This document shows, one piece after another, positions 15,770-29,895 of a stretch of DNA of 64,000 nt. The position numbers and the translations under genes are program-made. The DNA lies in the NCBI RefSeq assembly GCF_009914755.1, contig NC_060933.1, one strand, 5' to 3'. How positions within the stretch are numbered: the first letter of the stretch is position 1; each line of letters opens with the position of its first letter. A model generated the notes under the pieces. It made no database searches. It had not been told where the DNA came from and saw only the letters and a list, made by a program, of their open reading frames with translations. Source of the stretch: the human T2T-CHM13v2.0 reference genome, Homo sapiens.

Positions 15770-16675
15770 TTGGTGGAAGTGTAAAATGGTACAGCCACTA
15801 TGAAAAACAGTATCGCAGTTTCCCAAAAAATTAATTTACCATATATGATTCAACAATCTCATTAATGGGTTTATATCCAAAAGAACTAAAAGCAATGCCT
15901 CGAAGAGATACTTGCACAATCACATTCATAGCAGCACTATTCACAATACTCAAGAGGTGGAAGCAACCCATATGTCTATTGATGGATAAAGAAAGAAAAT
16001 GTGGCATCTATATACAATGGAATATTATTCAGCCCTAAAAATGAAGGAAATCCTGTCACATGCTACAACATGGAGAAACCTTGAGGTCACTGTGTTAAGT
16101 GAAATAAACTAGTCACAAAACAACAAATACTCCATGATTCCACTTATGAAGTATCTAAAGTAGTCAAATTCACAGAAACAGATTGGAATGATAGTTGCCA
16201 AGAGCTTGGGGGAAGGGGAAAAGGGAGTTGAGGGAATTTTTTTTTTTTTTTTTTTTGAGATGGAGTCTTGCTCTGTCGCCTAGGCTGGAGTGCAGCAGCG
16301 TGATCTCGGCTCACTGCAAGCTCCGCCTCCCAGGTTCATGCCATTCTCCAGCCTCAGCCTCTCTGAGCAGCTGGGACTACAGGTGCCCGCCACCACGCCT
16401 GGATAATTTTTTGTATTTTTAGTAGAGACGGGGTTTCACTGTGGTCTCAATCTCCTAACCTCGTGATCCGCCTGCCTCGGCCTCCCGAAGTGCTGGGATT
16501 ACAATCGTGAGCCACCAGGCCCGGCCGAGGGAATTCTTATTTAATGGATACAGAGTTTCAAATTTGCAAGATGAAAAAGTTCTGGAAATCTGTTTCACAA
16601 CAATGTGAATATACTTAACAAACTGTACACTTAAAAATGGTTACAGTGGTCAGCTTTATATGTTTTTTAACCCAT
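15770..16675 (+). mobile_element. L1MA/MB-type 3' end interrupted by an antisense AluY-like element (16237-16526)
   Basis: gtaaaatggtacagccactatgaaaaacagt ... tgtacacttaaaaatggtta; Alu TSD gagggaatt. Confidence 0.85.
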
Positions 16676-17309
16676 AATTTGAAAAGGAGAGAGGGAGCTA
16701 TCATGATACAGTATGCTGGTAGGCATTCCTTACTTCCCTAACTAGAAGCTAGTGAATCTTAAAGTGCTGGAAGTTAGAGATCTGATTATCTGCTCTACCA
16801 CTACCTCCTTTTTACAGATAACTGAAGCTAGGAGTAGTACACCAATCTTTAAAGTCAGGTGGACTAGAATCCAAACACTGGCTCTAACACTTTGCTGTGA
16901 GCCTCAGCTCCCTCCCCTGTACAAATGTGGATATTAAATGAAACAATATAGCATAGTACTTGGCACACAGTCTTCCTTCCCTTTCAACTCTCTGGGATGG
17001 TTCATTTTGTAGTCAAAGCCCTGTCTTGGTTGGCAATGGTAAACAGAGTAACTATTTGAACAAAAAGGAAACAGGTGAATTTTTAATAAAATAGTTTGTG
17101 TGTGTGTGTGTGTATGTGTATATATATATATTTAGATCAATTCCTGAGAAATGCTGAAATTAAGCCAACTACCCACTGAAGTGATTCTGCTATATGTTTT
17201 AATGCTTTCCCTCCAAAAAAAATATCTAATTTTAAGGAGAGAATGGTTACACATAAAATTTATAGAATCATCTAAAAGAGGCTACTCCTAGAACAGCCAA
17301 ATCTCTCAT

Positions 17310-17817
17310 ACATTCCTGGTTGAAATATAAACTTGTATAACCTCTTCAGAGAAGAATGTGCATATTCTAGAACCTAGCAGTGCCTTGCAACTCCAAATAT
17401 GGTCTATGGATCTGCATTACCTGGGAACTTGTGAGAAATATAGATTCTCAGGCCCACCTGAGAACAACTGAATCAGGACCTGAATCAGAACCTGCAGTAT
17501 CATAAGGTACTCAGGTGATTCCTATGCACATTAATTGAGACGTATTGCTCTAGAGAAACTCACCTACAAGTGAAGAAAACATGTGCAATGTTGTTCATTG
17601 CAGCATTACTTGAAAAAGCAAAAAATGTAGAATCAGCTCAAATGATTATCAATAAGAAAAATGAGATATTGTGGACTATTCATACAGTAGGAAACTATAC
17701 AGCAAACTTGATAAAGCAGAATTACATGGAACAATATAGAAAAATCTCAATAAAATGGTGAGTTTAAAAAAAGCATGGTAAGAGTTCATTATACAAAATT
17801 TGAAACATGAACACAAC

Positions 17818-17855
<38 letters not shown>

Positions 17856-18110
17856 CATTTTTAAATGCATGGCACCAAATTCAGGATAGTGGTTACATCT
17901 GGGTAGGGAAGAAAGAAAAAGAGATAAAAAAAAAAAAAAAGAACACCAGGAGGCTATGATCATATTTAATATTTTATCTCAAAAATGAAAACAATCCAAA
18001 GCAAATACAGGAGAAAATTGAGATATTACAAAGCTGGGAGGCAGGTATACAGGGGATGTTCACTATATTACTTTTTATACTTTTCAGAAAACTTATTTCA
18101 TATTTTTTAA
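17310..18110 (+). mobile_element. L1ME-like 3' remnant with nested MER5-type element (about 17377-17553) and (TG)n (17820-17852)
   Basis: atgttgttcattgcagcatt, caccaaattcaggatagtggttac; MER5 motifs gattctcaggccc...actgaatcag...caggtgattcctatgcaca. Confidence 0.65.
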
Positions 18111-18272
18111 AATGAAGAATAAGTTTCTCCCCATTGGTTAGCATTTCTCATAAACAAATATCATCGTACTCAAACTTGTACTATAGAAATAATCATCTAT
18201 TTGTCCTATCTAGGTTTTAAAAGAACAAGTTTTGCATCTGACTTATCTCTGAATGCATCATCTCCTCTCCGC

Positions 18273-18273
<1 letters not shown>

Positions 18274-18319
<46 letters not shown>

Positions 18320-18328
18320 GCACACACA
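18274..18328 (+). repeat. (CA)n microsatellite
   Basis: Long CA run with cg interruptions near its end. Confidence 0.95.
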
Positions 18329-18584
18329 ACTTCTCTTAGGGCTTCAGAGATCAAGTTAGGAGATTTGAAGGTCAGATTCAAGTGAAGATATGGTTACCTG
18401 GGCCAATCAACATGGAAAAACAGAATCTCTGCCTGGGGTAGCCAAGATTATGGACCCAAATAGGACTAACTGTAAAGTCTGCAAAATAAGGAAGGAAAAG
18501 AAACAGTAGTGCTAACAGCAGGGCTGTATCAGGTGCACCAAAATCAAGTGAAAAAGAAAAAGACATACATCCAAGGGCATGAAT

Positions 18585-19730
18585 ATATTCATTCATTCAG
18601 CAAATATATATTGCCTCATATATACCTGCTAAACATTATTTCAGATGCTAGGGATGTGGCAGTAAACAAAACAGGCCAAAATTAACGCCCTCATGGACCT
18701 TACATCTTAGAAATGGACACACAATTAGTTACTTAAATAGGTTAAGTATTTAGTATGTTAGAAGGTAGTTAAATCCTAAGGAGGAAAAACAGCAGGAAAG
18801 GGAGACAGGGGAGATGGAGGTGGAGAGTAACTACATGTGTGTTGTGGGAGTGCAATTTTAGATAGGATGGACATAGGAAGCGTATGGTAAGTATATGCAG
18901 GAGTTTTTCATTTTACATGTTCTTTACACGTGCTTCTGGGCAAGGTAGAGAGGTTTAAAAGGTTCAAAGCAATGTTCTGTTGATAATTGAATTAGTATGA
19001 ATAGAAGATAGAAAAATATGCAGAGCACAAAACCAGAGAACTGTAATTCTTCTCTGAGGTTTCTAGAGAAAAGATTCCTGGCAAAGCACATTAATCACTG
19101 GTTCAATCATCAACAAACTAGTGTTGTGCCAGAAATACAGACTACAATTTCTAGGTGCTGGAGATACAACAATGAGAAAGACAGACGTGGTCATTGTTCT
19201 TATACAGCTTAATGTCTTATAGCAGAGAGAAAAACAAAGAAGCAATATCGTGTGATAAGTATTGAAACAGAAATATGAATAGAACATTATGGTACATGTG
19301 TTTGCACATGGAGAACCACCTAATTCAGACTTTCTAGAGGAAGAAATATCTAAGCATGGACGTGAAGAATGAGGAGGTATAGCTAAGCTAAGGGTAGAGG
19401 AGAGGAGTATCCCCAAGGCAAGGAGCAGCATGTGTAACAACATCAAGGCAAAAGAGAGCATAGTACTATAGAGAACTGGAAAAAGTGCATTGTGGCTGGG
19501 ACACAGAATGGGGTAAGAAGTGGTGACAGGTGAAGGACTTTCCTAAGAGCAACTGGATAGCCATGGAAGAATTTTATACAAGAGAGGAAGAATAATCAGA
19601 TCTACATCTTAGAAACATAATTCTGGCTACAGTGTGAAAATGGACCAGGGAAAGAATGAATGCAAAGAGACTTTTTAGCAGCCTGCTAAAAAAAATCCAA
19701 TTGAGAGATGAAGATAGCCAGAAAAATAAA
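18585..19730 (-). mobile_element. L2 fragments
   Basis: attcattcattcagcaaatat tail, gatgctagggatgtggcagtaaacaaaaca, tctggctacagtgtgaaaatggac. Confidence 0.7.
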
Positions 19731-20070
19731 TGCCAAGAGCATGTGCATGTTATTATGACCACAGGATATTTATCATTACCTGTGCACCAGATGGTAGGCT
19801 CATATCCTAAAAACCTAGTTTTTCCCCTATTGTAGTAAAAATGAATCATGTGTGCCAATGAATTATCATTGTCTCTTACTCAGAAGGTAGGAAAATTGTA
19901 TAAAAATCAAAGACCCTAATAAATTGGGCCCATAAAAATGTTGCCAGAGTTGTGCTTTATAACCACCTAAAGTCATTATGCTCTTCTCTAAGACAGCACC
20001 TTTACTTGCACATTATGTCAATACCTGATAACAATTTTCATCCTCTCCCTTCCCATAACAATTTTTCTAC

Positions 20071-20140
20071 CCGTTTTAACAGCTTCTGAGACTCTAAGAT
20101 TCATGACTGGCTGTGTAAGAGGCAAGTACTTGCTTTTCAG
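20071..20140 (-). other. Candidate MEGF9 cassette exon B (70 nt, phase 0 in, phase 1 out)
   Basis: Acceptor tgtctgtctttgtttattcag|CTG, weak donor CGG|GTAGAA; open frame LKSKYLPLTQPVMNLRVSEAVKT. Confidence 0.3.
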
Positions 20141-21554
20141 CTGAATAAACAAAGACAGACAATGAGGGTAATGTGGCAAATGGGTCTGCCCACTCAGATA
20201 TTTTCCAAAGAAGGAGTTCACGCTGGGCTCCCTCAGTTGGAAAGCCCAGGGGAATAAACATTCCAGATATATAACTAAACTAATATCAAAGTCATACTTC
20301 ATCAAGCACTATTACTTCTGCTGCTGAGGGAATGGCATACAAAACTTTGGGGAAATTACGAGGTCCAAGGACATAAAAATTAAAGAATGGGAATAAAGAA
20401 GGTAAGTACACTGGGGTATTTTGTTGACAAAACCAAACCTGACATATTAAAACAACTTTACTCACCCAGAGACCAAGAAAGCAATGAACTTTCATCAATG
20501 CCCTGGAGTCAGTGTGTGTGTGTGTATATATTAAAGGATATGTGGCTATAGTCAAAGATGGCAACATTCAAAATGAAAACTATTTGTATTTTAGGGTATA
20601 CTCTAAAAGACTAATGTTTTGTATCAATGATACATCAGATGTAGAATGTTTGGCAATGCTTGGGGCAGCTTCTCTATCCTTTTTATTTATTTCATTCAAA
20701 ATGAGCAGTACATTCCTAACCAGGTCTGCTCAGACACCCAGGGTGCTACTGAATGGTAGTACAGACTCTTCAGTGACCAAGCAACCAATATCCTGGAATT
20801 TGAAAAGAACTTTTTATAATGAAAAGTTCCACTATCAATAGACCATTTGCCTGAGTTGTTTTCATAGTTGCAACTGACCCTCTGCTGGAGACCAAAATTT
20901 CCTCTGTATTATCCCTAAAGTCACTCCACTAGCTAAAAATTAGGATAGGACAGAGGAGGAGGGAAGTACTTTAAATTCTAACATAACAAAAGAAGAAATT
21001 AGGTAATCAAAATAAAAATGCCCTTGTTATAAAAATAATGTTGGCCACAGACATTTAAAAAGAAATATAAATATTTTATTGAACTCAATAAATATGTATG
21101 GAATGAGCATGGTTCCAATGACACATTTTAGCACAAGTTGTTTGCAGCTAATATGACCATTGATAAGCATTTCTTTGAATCATAGTTTCTTCACATGTAG
21201 AAACTGGGTAATAATCTGTATCCTACCCTATCCAAACAATTCCAGGAGTATTTATGTTGCCAGTTTTCATCCTCAGTTGAGTTACTAGGTATTTAACAAT
21301 GCCAGAAATAACAACAAAAAAAGCCACCATTTTTCATTACTTGTCTCAAAAAATGATCAATCAATCAATCAAGTCTCTAGATTTAGCTCTAGCAACATAA
21401 ATGGATAGGGGTGTGGATGAGGCAGGACTGGCCATGGAGTGATAGTTGGTTGTGCAGGTGGGTGAGAGATATGAGAAAGGTCATAACCCTACTCTGTTAA
21501 TTTTGGTATATATTCAAAATTTTCCACAATACAAAAGTTTTTAAGTATCTTTAC

Positions 21555-21619
21555 GTTACTCTCACAGGCATATTTTCCTAGATACTTTTGGGGCATCTTT
21601 GCCACAGGCCACTGATGCC
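21555..21619 (-). other. Candidate MEGF9 cassette exon A (65 nt, phase 1 in, phase 0 out)
   Basis: Acceptor gacttcttgttcag|GG, donor AAC|GTAAAG; open in the exon-1 frame (GHQWPVAKMPQKYLGKYACESN). Confidence 0.35.
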
Positions 21620-22639
21620 CTGAACAAGAAGTCAGATTTCAAATATGCACACTAGGCAAAAGCTCTTCACCAAGATTAACTTCAATAAAGTTGGATAGTT
21701 TAAACGCATTTTATCAAAATTTCCTGAATGTTTGGAAAGTAGATGAATTGCTATTCCAATGACAATTTTAAGTAACATCAATTGAATTCTTTCCCTGTGC
21801 TTTCACTGTTTTAAGTGCTTTACCAACATCATCTCATAATTCTATGATGTAGGCTGACAGACAGGGAGTAAGTGATGGAGCTGGGATTGGAATCCAGACA
21901 ATCTGACTTCAGAGCCTGCACTTTTAACCAACAATGACTGGATACTTCAAGGCTGAACATTACCGGTTTGGGTAGCATTAGAAAGAATTAAGAAAAGAGA
22001 GGAAGAAAACTACTTCAGGCTCAAAAGTACATATGCATTGCCTTGTCAAGAGAAGCAGTATAATATGGTACGGAATAAATTGAGTTAGGTACTTCGAATA
22101 CTGAATTGTGGCTATGTACCACTCATTATTACATGATCTTGAGTAAGTTAAATACTTCTTATCTTCGGTTTCCTCATCCATATTTAAGTTTAAGGTAAGG
22201 ACTGAAAGTGAAAATGTACATTAAGGAATCTAATACATAAGTATTCTAGAGCACTTGCATTTGTGTATGAATCTGTCTCTCCACTAGATTGTGAATGCCT
22301 AAGTCATTCACCATTCTCTCTTCAGTTCCTAGCACACTGCCTGGCATACAGAAGGCACTTGTGTTTGTTTAACCTAACATCAGATCCATCAAGAGGTCCA
22401 GCACCAATTGGTAGCTTTGTCAAGTCTCTAATTTTAATTATCTAAGTCTATGTGTTATACCAACAAGTAAAATAGGTTTCAAATGTTTGCTTAATAACAG
22501 AAGACAGGAAACTAATTCATAAACCCTCTATTATTATGTTATCTAGCATTTAATCCAAAATTAATGATGGAAAAGATTTAAAGAGACAGTAAGTGCCCTC
22601 TAATTATCTTCTCTGATGATCATTTACACTTATAGAAGT

Positions 22640-23230
22640 ATGTTGCAGTTTCTAGACTGATCTTTCCAAACACAAATCTCACCATGTCACTTCCTGGCTT
22701 ATACTTCTTCATGGCTCTTAGAATCAATTTCTGAGCATGACATGGAAAGCACATCATGATTTGACAACTTTGGACCATCCCAGCCACAAATCTCTTCATT
22801 CCCTGTTCCACCTTCATGTACCTTTTCCTCCCCTACTCGAGCCACTCAGGACTTCAGTTCCCTAAATGGGCCATGTATGTGCTCTCTTACTTCTGTACTT
22901 TTTCAACAGGCTGCTGCTCCCTTTTCCTAGAGTGTCCTTCCCCTCTTCTACCTGAATAATTCCTATTTGTTCTCAAGACTCCACTGAGAGAAAACATCCC
23001 ACAGAAAGCCTTTCCTGACATTGTCCTTCATCCCCTAAAAGTCTGGGTAAGGAGTCCTCTCTTTGCTTCTGTAGTACATACCACTATGATAGAACTTACC
23101 ATTCTGTAGTCTAATTTTCCATATCCTTCGCTATGTTCTCAATGACAGAAACCAGGTCTTATTTGTCTTTCCAGTATCTATCTAGCCCAGCTAGGTGCAC
23201 AGTGGGTGATTAACAAAGATCTGATGAATG
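22640..23230 (+). mobile_element. L2 3' fragment
   Basis: ccatgtcacttcctggctt...gaaagcctttcctgac...ctgatgaatg. Confidence 0.65.
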
Positions 23231-23420
23231 TAAAAGAACCTTATTTTGTATAACAGAAAGCCCAGTGTAAACTTATTGACAAAAGCACACCCTTTTCTTT
23301 GTTACTTAAATAAAAGTGAATGTAAAGTCAAACAGAAGCATCTTAGTGAAGCACTGTTAAAGACCAATTTGAGCATGGCAAGAAAAAATAAAGAGGATTT
23401 GAAATTTTGTCTGGTTAACC

Positions 23421-23432
23421 AAAAAAAAAAAA

Positions 23433-23464
<32 letters not shown>

Positions 23465-23471
23465 AGGAAAA
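23421..23471 (+). repeat. Poly(A) followed by (GAA)n purine tract
   Basis: About 21 A then gaagaagaa...; source of the K/R-rich ORF 23246..23500. Confidence 0.9.
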
Positions 23472-25474
23472 AGAGGATGATACCATTGCAGATTGGTTAA
23501 GCAATAAGGAAACAGAAAGCAACAGCATCCTGCTGCTTGTGGCTTTAGTCCCTGAAGACCATTTAATCACAGATTTTAAGTGTGTGTATTTCTAAATGAG
23601 TGCTCTATTACACAAGATCATCAACTAAAAGAAGTATAGCAAAGAGAAATGCTTACATTCTGATAAACTGTTAAAAGGCTTGCTATTAACAAGAAAGACC
23701 ATATGCTAAGAAAAATAATTCTCTAAAACAGCAAGTTTAAGTAAACATTTTTGTTGGCAATAAATGTCTGGAATCCATTTGGAATTTTTCAGTATTATTC
23801 ACAAGTTAAAAATAATTGATACATATAAAAGTACATTACTAGGTTGCAAAGCATTTGTAGCAACTCAATACCATTATTTGCTATTGTCTCTATTTCTGAC
23901 CAACTTGTGTTTCATGTTTTACACTGGCTAAAATGACTGTTAGTTTGGGGATGTAGGCTATTAGCCCTTAAATGTCATCCTGGCTAATGTATAACTTTAC
24001 TCATCTGACTCATAACAGACATCCAAGTCTTCTCCTCTGGAAACCAATCCACTGTACAAATCAATTAGGCTAAAAAAAAAAAAATAAAGGTAAAAGTAAA
24101 ATGGACAGAGCAGTATGTGAGGATGTACTTTTTCTTTTGGGTAAAATGCATACTTTCTACTCCAAAGAATCAGGAGAAAAACTGAAGAGAGTAGTAAACA
24201 GATATATGATATGGACAGTAAAATAATGACTACAAATCAGAAAAGAGAAGCAAAGGTGGCAGGGGCAAAAGATGCATTACAACTAACAGTGGTTAGAAGG
24301 ATATAATAGAACACATTAAACTCAACCTACATTTAGCATGTCATTTTGCCATCCTAGAAAGAGCTTAAGAAATAAGATAGATCTGGGTTTGAATCCCAGC
24401 TAACTAGCACTTGGCTGTGACCTTTGGGCAAACAACTTAACCTCATCTTAGATTCAGGTTCTTTATTTGTAAAGTTGGGTAACACTGCTTATCAACAGAA
24501 TTGAGAGGATTAGAGGTAATGAAGAATTTAAAAGGATTGGAAGCAGTGAAGTAAAAAGTCCGAAGGACTAAGTTTTCAATATGCAATAAAAAGTACAGCT
24601 AATATTTAGAAGGCCAATTTATGCCAGGAATTCTAAGTGTTTTACATTTATACGAATCATTTCATAATTATGGGCCTCCACTTCTTCATTTCTTCAAAGT
24701 GAGATTCTACTGCCCTAGGTTATTCTACTTTTTTAAACATAAGTACAAGACAGTTTGCCCAACAGCCTTTTCTTCCCAGAGTAGATGCAATCTCATGATA
24801 CAGCTGGTTATACACAAAAGGAGGCCAAAAAGAAAGTTTCATGTTTAGCAGGTATGGTAGGTACTTCAGGCAATTTTTGTGGCTAGTGACTATCATGGTA
24901 GGTCTAGGAAAAAATTTCAAATTGCCCTTTTCTGGTTATGTTTCTAGATAGGAAGAAGAGGTAACCAAAGATGAATAAGGCAGTTTCTGTCCTCACTGTT
25001 TGTGGTCTAGTTGTATATTATAATATGGTGCTTTGAATTTCCCATTCACATTCAAAGGCCTTTTTGACAGCATCACTCCCAGAGATAAATAATTTACTAT
25101 TTAGGGGTATTCACTTATTTAACAAATATTTACCACAGACCTACCACATGCTAGGAATTAATCTAGGTGCTGGCCATATAGTGGTTTAAAAAAAAAAAAA
25201 AAGAGAGAGAGAGAGAGACAAAGACAAAAACCCCTGCCTCTTATGGACCTTACATTCTAGTGCTGGTGGTGAATAGGGACAATTTATGCACCAATGCTGT
25301 TCAATGATTTATTTAGTATTTACTACATGCTGAACACTATCCTATGTACATGTTAGGGAGTGCCAACATCAATAAGACACAGCCTATAGGCTACTTGAGA
25401 AAAGGTAAAGAGGAGTCAGTTACATAGACAAGTAATACTTAAAATAAGGGTCCTTAAAAAGCAAGTAATCAAAA

Positions 25475-25805
<331 letters not shown>

Positions 25806-25894
25806 TTAGGAAGTATAATAGGAGGCTGTAAGGATGTTTTTAAAGGACAAATAAGTTTGCAGGTAGCCAAAGAAAGGGTGTGGGTAGACACGTG

Positions 25895-26415
25895 TCATTC
25901 TTTTTGTCAGCCTAGTATCATAGTATAATTTCCCACCATTCTCAGAATCCCTTCCTATTTGGAGGAATTCTCCATATTTTAAGCCTTGATACCGCATCAC
26001 GTAGGTTCATAATGTCAGATTCTTGTTTTTCTGGCCTCCCCTGCAGCCAGGGCATGGGCCAGTCATTGAGGTTCCAACAATCAGATGCACCTTTACCTGG
26101 CTTGGAATTAGAAACTAATGATTCAAAGGAATGAACAGGAGGCCCTCTCTCTGGTGGCAAACAGGGAGATGGATGGAGTATGACAAGTGGCAGTAGCACT
26201 TGTTCTTACATCCAATACCCAAGGTTAGCAGTGTGAGTGGTGATGTCAGTGGCATATATTCAATGGACACAACTGACTATTACCTCTAACTCCGTGGCCT
26301 GAATTTGGTACCTCTGGAGATTCTGTGAACTCCTCAATATCCTTTTAATAAATTTCAATCCTGATTGAATCAATAAATGATTTCTGTTGCTTAGAATTAA
26401 GACCCCTATTGAAAC
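25895..26415 (+). mobile_element. ERVL LTR remnant (LTR33/LTR16-like)
   Basis: gcctcccctgcagccagggcatgggcc...caatcagatgcacc ... aataaat ... tttctgttgctt. Confidence 0.55.
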
Positions 26416-27235
26416 TGAAGAGTAGGGCATCCCAGGTAGAGGGAACAGCACATGCAAAATAAGGAGAATCTAGTTAACTTAGTGATTAGGAGAGGCAGCT
26501 CTAAAGCTAAACAGATCTGAATTTGAATCAAGGTTCTACATTGTACTAGCTATGAAACCCTGCTTTGTGTATTCAAACTCTCAAAACCTCAATTCCTGCT
26601 TGGTAGAGTGGGGATAATAATACAAACTTTTTATTAGGTTCTTTTGATAATTAAATGAGGTCATGGAAATTCATTTAACGCTCTTAGTATCTGACAAAGA
26701 GTAACCTTCACAGATGATTGCTTTATTAATAATGATAATGAAAATAAGCATAGTATTTGAAGGAAAATATAAGCCATTTCAGTCTGCTAGAGTTTAAAGC
26801 ACAAGGGGAAAAGTACAAGAAATGAGGATGGCAGACATCTTGGAGTTTTAAATCATACCAAAGAACTTGAGCTCTATGGGCTGGGCTCACTTTAACAGTG
26901 AGTAATAGGAGAATTATAGTGAAACATAAATAGTATATTAAATGATTAACTAGGCAAATATGATGAGGTTTTACTTTATATATGTATTCTCCACATCTAT
27001 AGTTGTATAGTATGATCTGACCACTGTACTTATGTACCTGTAGGATGTAATCTAGTTGGAAAACATATTCGAATCTAGTTGGATCTATAGTTGAATAACA
27101 GCTGCTCCTTTGTCTGATCTGAGAGATAACTAACCTTTGAGTAAGGAGAGAAGTTTACAAAATAAGGAAGGGGAATGCACCCTGAAATGACTGGCAGAGT
27201 ATGAATCACATTTGCAAGTCTGATACTCTATGACC

Positions 27236-27533
27236 TTTCTTTCTTTTTTTGGAGACAGGGTCTCGCTCTGTCGCCCAGGCTGGAGTACAGTGGGATGAGC
27301 TTGGCTCACTGCAACCTCTGCCTCTTGGGCACAAGCAATCCTCCCACCTCAGCTTCCCAAGTAGCTGGGAATACAGGCACAAGCCATTATACCCAGCTAG
27401 TTTTTGCATTTTTTGTAGAGAAGGACTTTCATCATGTTGCCCAGGCGGGTCTCAAACTCCTGGGCTCAAGTGATCTGGCCCTCTCAGCCTCCCAAAGTGC
27501 TGGGATTACAGGCGTGAGCTACCGCGCCCAGTC
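27236..27533 (-). mobile_element. AluJ/S
   Basis: Antisense dimer; flanking repeat tctatgac(c/t)tt. Confidence 0.9.
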
Positions 27534-29585
27534 TATTCTATGACTTTTATATAATCAAACGTCATCTGCTATTTTTTTTTTTTTTTACAAAATATTGTTA
27601 TGCATTAGCATCTTGGTCTAGAGTCCATATTAAGTTAAAGATGAAAGGTTTTATAGTCAAGTCAAAAACAATCAATACTACCATTTCACAGTATGTGGTA
27701 TTACTTGCTAAATGCTAATAAGCATGACATTGTCTCTTGTTAGCACCGATCCTCTTTGTGCTGAATAGACAATCACATAGTTACTATTCAGTTCTGCTTT
27801 ACATTTGCCATGCTTTTCTACCTGCTTACCCTCATTTAATTTCCACCATTATCTCCTCTCCCAACCTCCACTCCACACCCATATCTGCCTTCAAGAAACA
27901 CTCTTTGATCTAATTTTGATTTTCACAGTAGCTACTGAAAGCGAACCTGGATCACTGTGTACATCTCAGAACCAGTGCTGAGACAGAAAATGTATGAGTT
28001 TGCTGGGGGAGGATAGGGGAGGTGAAAAAAAAACAGAACCCAAAATGTGCTCTGTAACTACTAAATGCTTTATTTCATTTTCTGCTACTCCCATCTGCTT
28101 TGGCAATGCAGCACAGTTTAATCAAAGGAAAAAAGGGGCACAGATTTGAGTCAGAGGGCTAGTTTTGAATTCCAGGCCCAACACCCAAGAACCCTATTTG
28201 GTAGGTTACTATTATACTCATGTTACAGAAGATAGTATAGAAGCCCAGGAAGATTATGTGACTTGCACCTGTATGCAACTATGTAATGTTAGAAAGTATA
28301 AGTTATAATAGGTTATAATAGGTGTATATCAATGTGCTACCAACATAAAATAGAGTGGTCACATCTTTCTACGAGCCCAATTTTATTTTTACTTTACTAG
28401 GTCATTTGTAGCTAGGGCCTACATAAGATCCCAAGGAGTATATACTCACCAGAACTGGACAATGGCTGTTTTGGGGATTTCCATCTTTGCATTTGCCTTT
28501 TTAAAATGTCTTCTATTTAGTCCAGTTCTGAGCAGTACCATTACTGCTGTAACTGGCAACATGACACAGGATAATTCTAGCTTGACCTGGGCCATTCTGG
28601 AAGGATAGGAGGTAGCCTTTGCCTCAAGCATATTGTTACTACCCTGCACCTTAGAACCACCTATTAGAGAGTTGATCTGTGACAATATGCAAGTCTTTCT
28701 GATTACCAATGTGTTACCAGTCTACAGATTATATGACGGAAGTTGGTAAATTAATTAATCCAGAATTAACAGACAAAGTTCTCACTGCTGTCTTTGAAAA
28801 ATCCCTGTTTTTCAAAAACTGTTTTGAGTGTTTACTATGTGCTGATTATTAATGTATGTGCTGACTATTAAGCACTGCTGAATTAAGGGTTTTACATGCA
28901 TTGATCAATTTAATCCCCTCTCAATAACACTATGATTCATTACTGCTTGGATTTCAAAGTTCAAAATTCAGAGAAGAGTAATCATTACCAGTTTCCTAAA
29001 GGCCAGAGTCATTCTCTGGCATATTCTTTAGGGTAGCACCTAGGCCTTTTGGCAACGTACAAGCCAGGCAGATGGGCACCTTGTCTTCTCTCATCACAGT
29101 ATTGAAAAATACCAAATGTCTGGCTTTGTTCCAGGCTGCTTTGGGCTTTCAGGGGCCACGTGAACCAAAGACAAATCATGTTTGTGCTGGATCAGACACA
29201 AGAAAAACAGTCACTGACTTGATTCTGCCAGGGAGTACCAAGTCTCAAGTAAAGCATCATATGGGGTCTTAGATCAAAATAGATTTACTTTCTTTTTGGT
29301 GACATGATAAATAATTTAAATGTGGTGAATTTTTTCACATTTTGATCTGTCTTATATTGGTCTTCAGAAGACTGTTAAATCCTACTTGCACCTCTGTTTT
29401 CATAACAAGCAAGTGATCTCATTTATTATCATGAGAAATGAAGCAATATATGCAGTAATAAAATATTAAACTCAATCAGTGATTTTAAAAAAGCTTTATG
29501 GGACAGCTTTTTTCTCTATTTTTCATTTTCTACAATGTTTATTGTAGAAAATGAACATAGATTATTTTTATAATTGTAAAAAAAC

Positions 29586-29895
29586 TGGCCAGGTGCAGTG
29601 GCTCACACCTGTAATGCCAACACTTTGTGAGGCTGCGATAGGAAGATTGTTTGAAGCCAGGAGTATAGTATCAGCCTGGGCAATATAGCGAGACTGCATG
29701 TCTACAATTTTTTTTTTTTTTAAATTAGCTGAGCATGGTGGCACATGCCTGTAGTCCCAACTACTCAGGAGGCTGATATGGGAGGATCACCTGAGCCCAG
29801 GAGTTCGAGGCTGCAGTGAGCTACAATCACACTACTGCACTCTAACCCGGGTGAAAGAGTGAGACCGTGTTTCTTAAAAAAAAAAAAAAAAAAAA
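29586..29895 (+). mobile_element. AluJ-like
   Basis: Diverged dimer with T-rich linker and A tail. Confidence 0.85.

Noticed and set aside
23246-23500. Basic K/R-rich ORF resembling a nuclear localisation signal
   Set aside because: Product of the poly(A)/(GAA)n tract.
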